DNA of 10,903 bases from Oopsacas minuta (Eukaryota; Animalia; Porifera). The position numbers were made by a program, and so were the translations under genes. The stretch lies in NCBI GenBank assembly GCA_024704765.1, contig JAKMXF010000107.1, positions 1 through 10,903 on the forward strand, given 5' to 3'. Of the stretch, positions 1 through 8,527 are shown piece by piece. Each line of letters opens with the position of its first letter. Position 1 is the first letter of the stretch. The notes under the pieces are model-generated. The model saw only the letters and a list, made by a program, of their open reading frames with translations. It was not told the origin of the DNA and made no database searches.

Positions 1-284
1 ATTTTCTATTTATGTCCGAGGATTGCAAATATCACAGGTGATCACATCCTGTTTACTACATTCCTCTTTACCAATTACAGCCCTAAGAGTATTTACTTCG
101 TGTGTGTTTACTTAATACTTACTATAGCAATCTTTGGAATTCATATCATTAAATGAATTCATGGAATCATGTCATCTAAAATTAGAATTATCTATCCAAT
201 TAAGACTTTCCGTGTGCAGAAATAATTATTAGAAAATTAATTATTTACGTGTACTTAGATTAAATTAATTAACTAATACCATAC

Positions 285-330
285 CAAATTGGTGCGAATT
301 GTCGGTATCCGGAGCCGGATATTCAGTTTG
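285..330 (+). mobile_element. Putative Helentron/HINE-type terminus: conserved motif, stem-loop, then TTT
   Basis: GGTGCGAATTGTCGGTAT (291-308) is the exact reverse complement of 10769-10786; the match extends to 24/25 with one indel over 285-308 vs 10769-10793. It overlaps and is followed by the hairpin TATCCGG-ag-CCGGATA (306-321), then 5 nt and TTTG (327-330). Assignment to Helentron/HINE is inference from the known subTIR + stem-loop + T-run end structure. Confidence 0.5.
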
Positions 331-1373
331 TATACTTTGACGGAGGCTCTACCTTAACCGTTACTGAAGATTTTCTAATCGGTTTAAACAACTTGAGATT
401 AATACTTATGTCTGGAATGACAATAAATGGGTTTCCTATGTTTAATAGCACCGGTCTTACAAACGTCGACATCTCAGGTTTGAAACTCCCTTCACTCATT
501 ACTATCGATTCTTCCATGCTCAATCTACCTCAACTAACATTCTTACGTCTTACTTCAAACATAGAATGGTATAAGTTTGCTGAAAATGCATTTGAAAACG
601 CGATAAGTATTGAAAGAATTGAATTAATTGGTTCAGGGTTGCAAGAATTTCCCAGAAATCTCTTGGCAAATATTACAACGCTGAGAACCCTTAGAGTATG
701 GTATATTCGACTGAATGCAACCTTTGGAGAAAATGTATTTACTTGATTAAATGAATTGACGTTTATAGAAATTAGGAATTCAGATACTATTGATTTTCTA
801 CTCAATTACACATTCCCTAAACTTGAGATATTAGAAGTAAGATATGATGAGCTACAAACATTGGACCAGAAATTCTTTGAAAAACAGAAATCACTAAATA
901 ATCTAGATGCAAGAAATAATCCATTCAATTGTGATTGTGATATATCATGGACTAATCACGTGACAGATAATCTGGGTTGGACAATTTTAGGAACATGTAC
1001 GAATGGTAATTCAATTTCTGACAGTTCAAACTATCTCAATTGCAATCAATCTTCCTTCAATTGTTTCACAGTTACCTGTTCATCAGATAGCGTTTGTGTT
1101 AATACTGTTAACAGTTCATTTTGTGAATGTGTTGAAGCTGGATATCTATTTGAAAATGACACCTGTGTGGACATGGATGAGTGTTCTAATTCAGCAGATA
1201 ATAACTGCGATCAAGTATGTACTAATACAAATGGCTCCTACACATGTTCTTGTAACATTGGATTCACACTAGATTCAGACATGTCTACATGTTCAGGTGT
1301 CAATAAACTGGCCTCTGAAGGCATACTCCTTCTATTTTTATTGCTGTCGTTCTTAGTTTGGCAGCTCCTATAA
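327..1373 (+). pseudogene. LRR / LRRCT / EGF / calcium-binding EGF cell-surface protein with GPI-signal-like C-terminus; one in-frame TGA at 744-746; 5' end missing
   Basis: ORFs 393-746 and 756-1373 share one frame, separated only by TGA (ENVFT*LNEL, where LRR consensus expects F-x-G-L). The frame is open upstream to 273, with LRR-like text from about 327 (FVYFDGG...FLIGLNNLRLILMSG). Motifs: multiple LxxLxL repeats; LRRCT NNPFNCDCDISW; EGF (C..VTCSSDSVCVN...CEC...C); cbEGF DMDEC...CTNTNGSYTCSC (1170-1292); terminal hydrophobic stretch ILLLFLLLSFLVWQLL then TAA, with no cytoplasmic tail. No start codon or signal peptide seen. Confidence 0.8.
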
Positions 1374-1402
1374 CATAACTTACAGCTCCTATAACTTCAT
1401 TA
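1362..1402 (+). repeat. Short tandem duplication spanning the LRR-EGF stop codon
   Basis: CAGCTCCTATAAC occurs at 1362-1374 and 1383-1395 (21-nt period). Confidence 0.8.
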
Positions 1403-1530
1403 CATATTAGTTAGGAGCACACGCTTATATTCACTATTACGTATATCCAATTTGTTGAAACAAATACCTTTTTAGCCTCATTATATTATTTTCATATCTT
1501 AATCATTTTACATTTCAGCGTAGCTTTAAA

Positions 1531-1670
1531 GTAGGCGCGGATAGGGCCACGGGACACAGTGCACATTCCCAGCCTCAATGGGTCACGGATGCGAAGGGCC
1601 AAATGGTGACCCATAGTCCATCCTGCTCCAGGATTCTCTGGACAGTCCAGAGAGTTCGTGCTGACATCAG
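1531..1670. other. GC-rich island with several perfect hairpins, function unknown
   Basis: ATGGGTCAC (1578-1586) pairs with GTGACCCAT (1606-1614); TCTCTGGAC-a-GTCCAGAGA (1635-1653); TCCTG-ctc-CAGGA (1621-1633). GC content is clearly higher than in the flanks. Confidence 0.5.
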
Positions 1671-2770
1671 GGTTTTTATTGGAGACAGTGATTACTGTAT
1701 TTTGTTACGATAAATTCATACTAAATAACAAATAATCATACGTCCAGGACCATTTCGTCAAAACAGTGCCCTCTCTGAATCTCAATCTCCTTTGCTAGGC
1801 TAGAGGAAGGTTGTTATCCAGTCCAAAATGAGAAGTTATTCATGAGGTATTTACTAGATAACATAATTGATTAAATAATAAAGATATTTCCTTTTTTTAT
1901 GTATCTTCCTCTATATTTTTTGAAACCTTTATTCCTACCACTGTAGTAATCTATAAATAATATTATTTATTACTAGCATCGTAATAAATAATTCTTATTT
2001 CTTGAGTAATAAAATGATACTTACATTAAATTTGTGATATTACAATATTAAAATTCTGTGCCTTGTCGAAATAAACATTTACTTCCTCTAATTATATATC
2101 TAACTTTAGTTTTAGCAACTATTTATATTATTTTCAGCACTTTTATTGACATTTCACACAATTTTGTTATTTACTAATATGCGTATGATTGAAAAGTAAC
2201 TATTTTCATTCTATATTTTTATTTATTAATAAATTCTATTGTTTAGATTATTGGAACCTGACAATCGTGATATTAAAATACAGTTCAACTCTAGAAATGC
2301 ATCACTGCATGGTTTAAGCGGTATCAGAGAATATCATCATATTGCCACCAATGATTTCGATATCAGCACAATTGGCCGATATGTAAAATTAATATGAACC
2401 GTTGGTATAATTTCATAAAATTAGCAATTTTTCTGATATTTCGTAACCCACGAAGTGCAGAGAGAACTTAAGCAACAACATCACAAGATTCGATTTAGCA
2501 AGTGAAGGCTTTAGTATACGTAAATATTCTCCCCCGTGTTAATGCTTTGTGGATACTATACTGCACTGCTCTCAATGCTCTGTAAGCATGTGTTACTTGA
2601 AAATGGAATTATACATATGCATCATAATGGAAAGAAGGTAAGAAGAACTGCTCTACAATGGAATCAAATGAAAATAATTTAATAAGGTTGAATATACTGA
2701 TGTTTTAATTACTTTACTACTATTAGCTACTATACTACAAGAAACAGATTATAAGTATATTATAAACTCT

Positions 2771-3280
2771 CTAAATTTTCCTTTCTTTTGATGGAGTTTC
2801 TTCTTCTGTGGTACTCCTCATGGATATATCAATATCTTCACTTTTGATATTGGAGAAAAGGCGATCTTATTCTTTCAAGGCCTTGACACTTATTTCGATA
2901 ATTTCCAATTCTCATTTTGTATTTGATCAATTTCCTTATCACATTAGCTATTTGTTCTACTATACGCTTTATATCGGATCTGTAAATTGAAATACGCTTT
3001 GTTAACTTAAAGTCATCTTCCTTCTTTCTTTTTTCCAATTTAGAAATTATTTCCTATTGAGTCTTGATCAAATCAGTGTATAATTTATCATTCAAGGTGT
3101 TGAGAGCAAATCTTTACTTCCTCAAAATCCGGATTAAAATTTCCCCAATTCTTGTTGAAGTCAGCTGTTAACAGTAAGTACTTAATTCGGTAAATACTTG
3201 ATAAAGATACTAGGATTGCTGTTTCAGAATGTCACGGAACTAGTTACGGAACTAGAACTATGTTACGAACCTCTAAGTGT
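2771..3280 (-). pseudogene. Decayed all-helical coiled-coil gene, IMD/I-BAR-like by eye
   Basis: One minus frame from 3239 reads FRDILKQQS*YLYQVFTELSTYC*QLTSTRIGEILIRILRK*RFALNTLNDKLYTDLIKTQ*EIISKLEKRKKEDDFKLTKRISIYRSDIKRIVEQIANV. After a frameshift near 2940 it reads DKEIDQIQNENWKL, and after another near 2900 EISVKALKE*DRLFSNIKSEDIDISMRSTTEEETPSKERKI* (TAG 2773-2771). Spacing resembles IRSp53 IMD motifs as I recall them (LGDVLFQM, ELLTQLEQKVELD, ALTEERRRF). Confidence 0.45.
3231..3260 (+). repeat. Degenerate 12-bp tandem repeat
   Basis: GTCACGGAACTA (3231-3242), GTTACGGAACTA (3243-3254), partial GAACTA (3255-3260). Confidence 0.75.
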
Positions 3281-3345
3281 TTATTTTTAAGTACAGCAGT
3301 GCTTATTGAATGTATTGCACAACAACATTAATTTGTGACTGTAAT

Positions 3346-3355
3346 CTGATTGGCC
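3346..3355 (-). promoter_or_regulatory. CCAAT box (NF-Y consensus) upstream of the decayed coiled-coil gene
   Basis: Minus strand reads GGCCAATCAG, a full match to the NF-Y consensus, about 70-110 nt upstream of the coding remnant. A 10-mer can occur by chance. Confidence 0.3.
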
Positions 3356-3526
3356 GAGAGATGTATTCATCTAAATATATATATTTTAATTTAATTAGCC
3401 GAAAATAATATTTTCACACCTGTTGAGTGTATTCCAATTTATGATAGACTAGGGTAATATATGACGCTGATTTTGATATATTATTTTGAATGTCATATTC
3501 TGTGAGTAATTCAGTTAGATGTATCT

Positions 3527-3551
3527 AGGTGCGAATACTCGGCTCGCACCT
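3527..3551. repeat. Palindromic copy of the AGGTGCG motif (possible rolling-circle element end)
   Basis: AGGTGCGA-atactcggc-TCGCACCT forms an 8-bp stem. 3527-3542 (AGGTGCGAATACTCGG) matches the minus-strand 10787-10772 copy (AGGTGCGAATTGTCGG) at 14/16. Confidence 0.55.
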
Positions 3552-4679
3552 TTAGATTTATCTGAGAATAGCTATGTATTTTTACGAAATTCATGCAATA
3601 GATGAGAATAACATCTTCAATTGTATAATTAGCATTGTTAACATTCTTAGAAATGTAACAGTGTAAAATAGTGCATAAAACTTAGTTATGTTGCATTGCT
3701 ACAAATTATGGACCAGACAAGACAAACAAGAATAAATTTAGAGTCAATATTCGAAAATTATAAACAGAGGTGGAATAAATCTATAATTATAAGCGGCCAG
3801 TTTATTCGGAAAATCGTCTTAATATCATGGTGAGGTAACTTCCACCAGACAGATTAAGATGACCACAGGTAATCATACTATTGCACATATGTAGCTTAGA
3901 AAACGATTGTATATACATATAGCTAGTGCACCGTCAGGATAAGAAAATTACAGACACACACTATATATTTATTGGAGTTACTTGTTATGGTTGATGGATG
4001 TTCTATTTAGAAGCTTTTCTCCTCTTCCCAAATATAGCCCTGATTGCTCCTCACAATCTGTAGGAATCCATCAACCTCTTTGACGATGAAAATGTTTAAA
4101 TCTTCTGCATACTGTGCCTCTGCATTGGGATTGAATTTACCAACATCGATCTTCCGGAACACTGATAAGTGAACACTCCCACAGGGGGTAGGGATAACTA
4201 CATAAAGATTGCATAGTAAATACAGTAGACATTAATAACAAACTCCGAGCACAAGAAATCACTTCGATATAACAAGTGAAATAAATATTACCATGAAGGT
4301 TTGGGAGTTTAATAATAGAAATGAGATTTAGAAATAAGCATTTTGATATATTCATGGTTCATAAAACGGGAATTGATATCGCACAGTAAAATAGAAGCAA
4401 ACTCTTACGAATAAGTGTAAGATCTAATGGATTGTCATCTCACCTTATGGGTAACCTACATGCGTCTCCGTCATAAAAGAATGAAAAACCCCGATTGTTC
4501 AGGTGGAACTGAAACAAACCTATAATCAACAGTAGCCGTATACACACAATCGTAAGAAAAATTATATTGATCAAGAATAATACTGATGTAAGGAAATACA
4601 TGAATAAGTAGAGTTATGGAAGGGAAAGTAAAGAAAATGAAAAAATATAGAAAGGAAAATACATAGATAGAGTTGTATA

Positions 4680-5496
4680 TCAAATATCGGTAGACAGTTC
4701 ACAGCATAATAACAAACTATTATGACTCTATTATGATTGTCTACTGTTACTGCTGTTGGTAGTTCAGAGACTGGAATATTGTGAATCGATTGGAATTCAG
4801 GATAGAATATAGAAATAGAATTAGAACAAAATTCAACAATTAGAATGTTGTTAGAATTGTCAATGAAGAATGAGTAGGGATTAATGACTTGATTTCCTTG
4901 TCTGAGTGAAATTACACTCTTCTGGAGTATGTGGTTATGATTCAATAGATAGATACAAGGATTAGATTCATCTAACACATAAATGTATTCTTTAGAGAGT
5001 TTAACATCATAAGTGTAATCGAATGAACCCAATCGTGATTTGAATAGGAAATCATTTGAGAGTATTTTAACTCGATTGTTAGAATAATCGCAAATATAAA
5101 TATCGTTTACCATTTCTAGAAATAAATTCACCATCAAGGATATAATTCAATATACAGTGGTCATGAGTAATTAGAATCCTACTCCTACAAATAACTAAGC
5201 TTCTTGGATGGGACATCTTTCCTTCACCTCTGCTGTCACCAAGTTTGAATATATACTTAGCAGTACTGTCAAAAACTTTAACACAGTTTTTGTAATAATC
5301 TAATATATAAATACACTGTATTTCCAGTTTTGTCATCTACTGTAATACCATGTGGCCATTTAAGTTCACCATTTCCATTTTCTTTCTTACAAACACTCAC
5401 TAGAGGTTGTATCTTGCTCGTGTAATCAATTCCAGTTTTCACACTCTCTAAATTATCTTAAACAGGTTCTGGTTCAATAGGATTAGCTGTGGCCAT
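4680..5496 (-). pseudogene. NHL-repeat beta-propeller protein pseudogene
   Basis: ATG at 5496 gives MATANPIEPEPV*DNLESVKTGIDYTSKIQPLVSVCKKENGNGELKWPHGITVDDKTGN (in-frame TAA 5460-5458). After a frameshift near 5318: IYILDYYKNCVKVFDSTAKYIFKLG...HPRSLVI...LDGEFISRNG. After a frameshift/deletion near 5105: NDIYICDYSNNRVKILSNDF...NPYSFFIDNSNNILIV...PTAVTVDNHNRVIIVCYYAVNCLPIF. Repeated P-x-G/S-I-x-V-D...IYI-x-D-xx-N-xx-V-x-V-F NHL motifs. A TGA (4682-4680) overlapping the last Phe codon looks like the original stop lost by a 1-nt deletion. Confidence 0.88.
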
Positions 5497-5976
5497 TATT
5501 GCTAAATATTTAAAGGAGTATGAATTAATACAGATAGTCAGTAGACATACATGAAGTGTAGTTCCACTATTTTTTGAATTTTAACAACAAGGTGGGAACA
5601 TTTGATAGCTGCAGAGGAAGAATACCACAACCATTCAAAATGGAATTGTTCGTAAATAATAATGACACATAATGCTAATATATCCAATTATCCATAGATA
5701 CAAATAATTGTATTGTTACAATACAAATTTCAAGTTTGGTGTTTGGATAAGAATTAGTGTATTTTGATGTATGCTACTGACTGCTCGGAGATAAACCAAA
5801 AACGTGGATAAATAATTTGGATATTTAACATTATATTCATACATATACTGGCCTAACATCACATAGTACAATAAACTAGTTCAAAAGTAGTCTGAACCTC
5901 CCTTCATAGAATTATTTGAACATTTTCACAAACTACATATGCTTTCTGATGTAACCGTGTTGTCGGATAATGGTGG

Positions 5977-6030
5977 GCAGGGGCGGTTTAGCCCTGCGGG
6001 ACACCGTCATTTCCCTGTGGGCCGGTATGA
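5977..6030 (+). mobile_element. Possible solo DNA-transposon (hAT-like) terminus
   Basis: GC-rich CAGGGGCGGTTTAGCCCTGCGGGACACCGTCATTTCCCTGTGGGCCGG begins abruptly and contains a GCAGGG/CCCTGC stem (5977-5997). It resembles hAT-type CAGGG(G/C)CGG termini from memory. No partner TIR or TSD found. Confidence 0.25.
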
Positions 6031-6761
6031 TTTTGGTCGTAGTGTCTACAGCACACCCTAACAGGGGATTTTTGTTTTTAATCTCCATGAAGTTCTAGTG
6101 TTTGTTTCACCTACACATGACAAACTTTGCCAAACATATCCCTGGACAAAGGGCTTGTATTCCCTACAAAGTAGATATTCACTCTGGATATTTGTAGAGA
6201 GTTCAAAACATAAATTTCTGATCGATCGCTATGCTCCCTCCTTAAAGAATCCCTAAACGGTTAGCAGGTGTAGTCACTATTCAGTGTACTATAGGGGCAC
6301 TGAATCTTTTCCGAGAACAATTAGATAATGAAGGCATACCTTCTAATTTCTTCTGTGGTGGTTTGCCAGATTCAAAGTAGGTGTGGCGCACCCTATTAAA
6401 GTTAACCCTTTTCTTATAAAACCTCAGTGAAAACGGGTCTACGAACAAAAGTAGAGGCCTCACTCTGCGGACACCCCAAAAACACCACTGCACTCTTGAT
6501 GATGGTGCACAAAGTAAACTAATGAGTTGTGATCTAGTTGTAAAGACAGCTATTCGAAATCTTGATAAATATTTCTAAATAAATTTAGTGTTGCAATAAG
6601 AAGTTAGAGGCAAGGCACACTCTTTCGAAAAAAGTGATACAGCAGAATATTCAAATATGTATGTGTGCAAATATCCTACAATTACAACTAAGTGATTCAT
6701 TCCCTGAGGTATACCGTCACGGTGATGCCGTATCACGCCCTGGAGACCGTTCCCAAAAGTA

Positions 6762-7007
6762 GTACGGCGCTCGCTGTACCTGTTTCTGCCATCCATAATA
6801 TCACTATTTCTAGTGTTCTGGCTTTTTACACCGTTTCTATTACTATCAAAGTCATTCGTTTCTATTATGAGCATTCTGTTATGTGAATAAAGGTATTCTT
6901 TATACTCATCATCTATACCAACCAACTAATTTTTACATAGAGTTTAAGGTACGGCGATTCCGAACCACTTTGAAAAGAGGTACGGCGCTCGCCCTACAAC
7001 CCGTACC
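6762..7007 (+). repeat. Three copies of a GTACGGCG motif, two in hairpins
   Basis: GTACGGCGCTCGC at 6762-6774 and 6980-6992; AGGTACGGCG at 6947-6956 and 6978-6987. GGTACGG (6979-6985) pairs with CCGTACC (7001-7007). GTACGGCG (6762-6769) pairs with CGCTGTAC (6772-6779) with one G.T. Confidence 0.6.
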
Positions 7008-7673
7008 AGGTGTGTATGTGCCGGCCAATCAAATTTTATGAGCCCTCCTGTTAACGAATGTAGTGTATTTTACATGTGATTACATATGACATACATACCA
7101 TTTTTCATTTGGCTGTAATCTTAGAAACATAACCTACAATCATACCATTTGATAGAATCTCCACCTTGACAAGCCCCAACAATTCGGAATGTGCTGAAGC
7201 ATTTTAACCACACTTTGGAAAATTCAAATTCAATTTTGAATACAATTTTAAAAGGGACTGCAGCCCAACCAAACTTTGACATAAACCTCACTTGTGGAGG
7301 TTCCTCTGTAAATGATAAAATACGTAATCAACCAATAATACAAACTACAATTAACTAATGAAACTACTCACCTTTATCTTGAATTAAGACAATAAATATT
7401 TAGAGATATCTTTAGTAGAGTAAAATAAAATAAGAGTAACAGAAATTATATAAAATCAAAATAATATCAAGTTATATAATTACTGATATACGTATAGTAA
7501 TGTGATACTACTGTATTCTCTTGTACATATTCTGATACGTAATATCTTGGAAAATTATGCTCTAGATTATTACAGATGTGTGCACGTGAACCTTTCATTC
7601 CCTGACTACAATAATGAATTAATAGAATGGAATACTTGAGAAGATTTCATCGGTACAATTCTAAGAGTTTCCA

Positions 7674-8003
7674 ATGGTGTGAGAAATAATGAAGATATTC
7701 GTCGGGTGTGCTCTCCCCTTTGCTAATCAATCAGACACCACAAGGCTACTATTTCACTAATGGTAAAACTTTTGTCTGGCCCACGTTTTAAACAATTTAT
7801 TTAATAGACTAAGCTATCGGCACAGAATGCAATTTTGTATTCTTTTCTCTTCGAAAGGTGCGAAAATTTGGCACCTTTCCTTTCATAATTTTTTGCTAGA
7901 GGCCAAACAAAAGCTAAAAGTATGAAAACTGACACTTGGTGTCCGATTTATTAGCAAAGGGAGATACACACCCGACGAATATCTTCTACATTTCTCACAC
8001 CAT
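7674..8003. mobile_element. Foldback/MITE-like element with long imperfect terminal inverted repeats
   Basis: 7674-7740 vs the reverse complement of 7937-8003 match at 57/67 ungapped, including a perfect 20-bp block (CACACCCGACGAATATCTTC). The inner match GGCCAGACAAAAG/GGCCAAACAAAAG extends the arms to about 7781 and 7901. Central 9-bp hairpin GAAAGGTGC/GCACCTTTC (7853-7879). TSD unclear (possibly AT). Confidence 0.75.
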
Positions 8004-8214
8004 ATACCTTAATTTTATCCAGTTTTGGCTGCAGGGCTTTCACGGAGAAAAAAGGTAGACATCCATTTCAATACTGGGCCACTATACTAAAGTATAATCG
8101 GCACAGTAAAAATACCAATTTAATAATATACCTTTCTCACAAATACAGACTACGAAATAATGTTTCTGTGAGAAATATGCTATCAAATTAAAATATTACA
8201 TAAAAATGTATTAC

Positions 8215-8235
8215 AGGTGCGGCAATGCCGCACCT
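8215..8235. repeat. Perfect 9-bp GC-rich hairpin of the AGGTGCG family
   Basis: AGGTGCGGC-aat-GCCGCACCT, followed by TTT. Confidence 0.65.
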
Positions 8236-8527
8236 TTTGCGCAGCCGTAGCTACACCTCAGTGTATAAGTGTAGATGTTTGGTGGAAAGTTTTATGCTTT
8301 TATCAAAAATGCATAATGTTGTATCTAACGGCTCTACTAAAGGTCAATTTCTTCATTACAGATCAAATAGGACCAGTTATGACATGACAGCCTCTCAAGG
8401 CAAGTAATGCAGTGAGATTGTAGAGGGGAAAATACATATATAGGTCTAAATATGTAAAAAACGAACTAGTAAACAAAATAAGTAAGAATAAGAGATTCTA
8501 GGTTCAAAGGAATTTGTAGAGTATATA

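Noticed and set aside
744-746. Selenocysteine or programmed readthrough at the LRR TGA
   Set aside because: The position expects Gly, not Cys, and I see no SECIS I can support. A single GGA>TGA change is simpler.
323-1272. ORFs 323-523, 530-805 and 1003-1272
   Set aside because: Antisense or off-frame shadows of the LRR-EGF gene.
1531-1670. Self-cleaving ribozyme (HDV-like GCGAA; hammerhead-like CTGATG...GAAC on the minus strand)
   Set aside because: I could not build the required pseudoknot or the complete hammerhead core.
2771-3280. Variant genetic code (TAA/TAG = Gln), since the in-frame stops here and at 9917-10132 are TAR
   Set aside because: The same segments also have frameshifts, the LRR and membrane genes end at TAA, and the 1-kb LRR frame has no internal TAR. 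Ordinary nonsense mutation is enough.
6246-6700. SF2-helicase-like fragment on the plus strand (QLDNEGIPSNFFCGGL)
   Set aside because: Four internal stops, wrong spacing to downstream helicase motifs, and only a vague resemblance.
6281-6925. ORFs 6281-6493, 6575-6925 and 6692-6886 as genes
   Set aside because: Short, with no recognisable motifs; they overlap each other and the GTACGGCG repeats.
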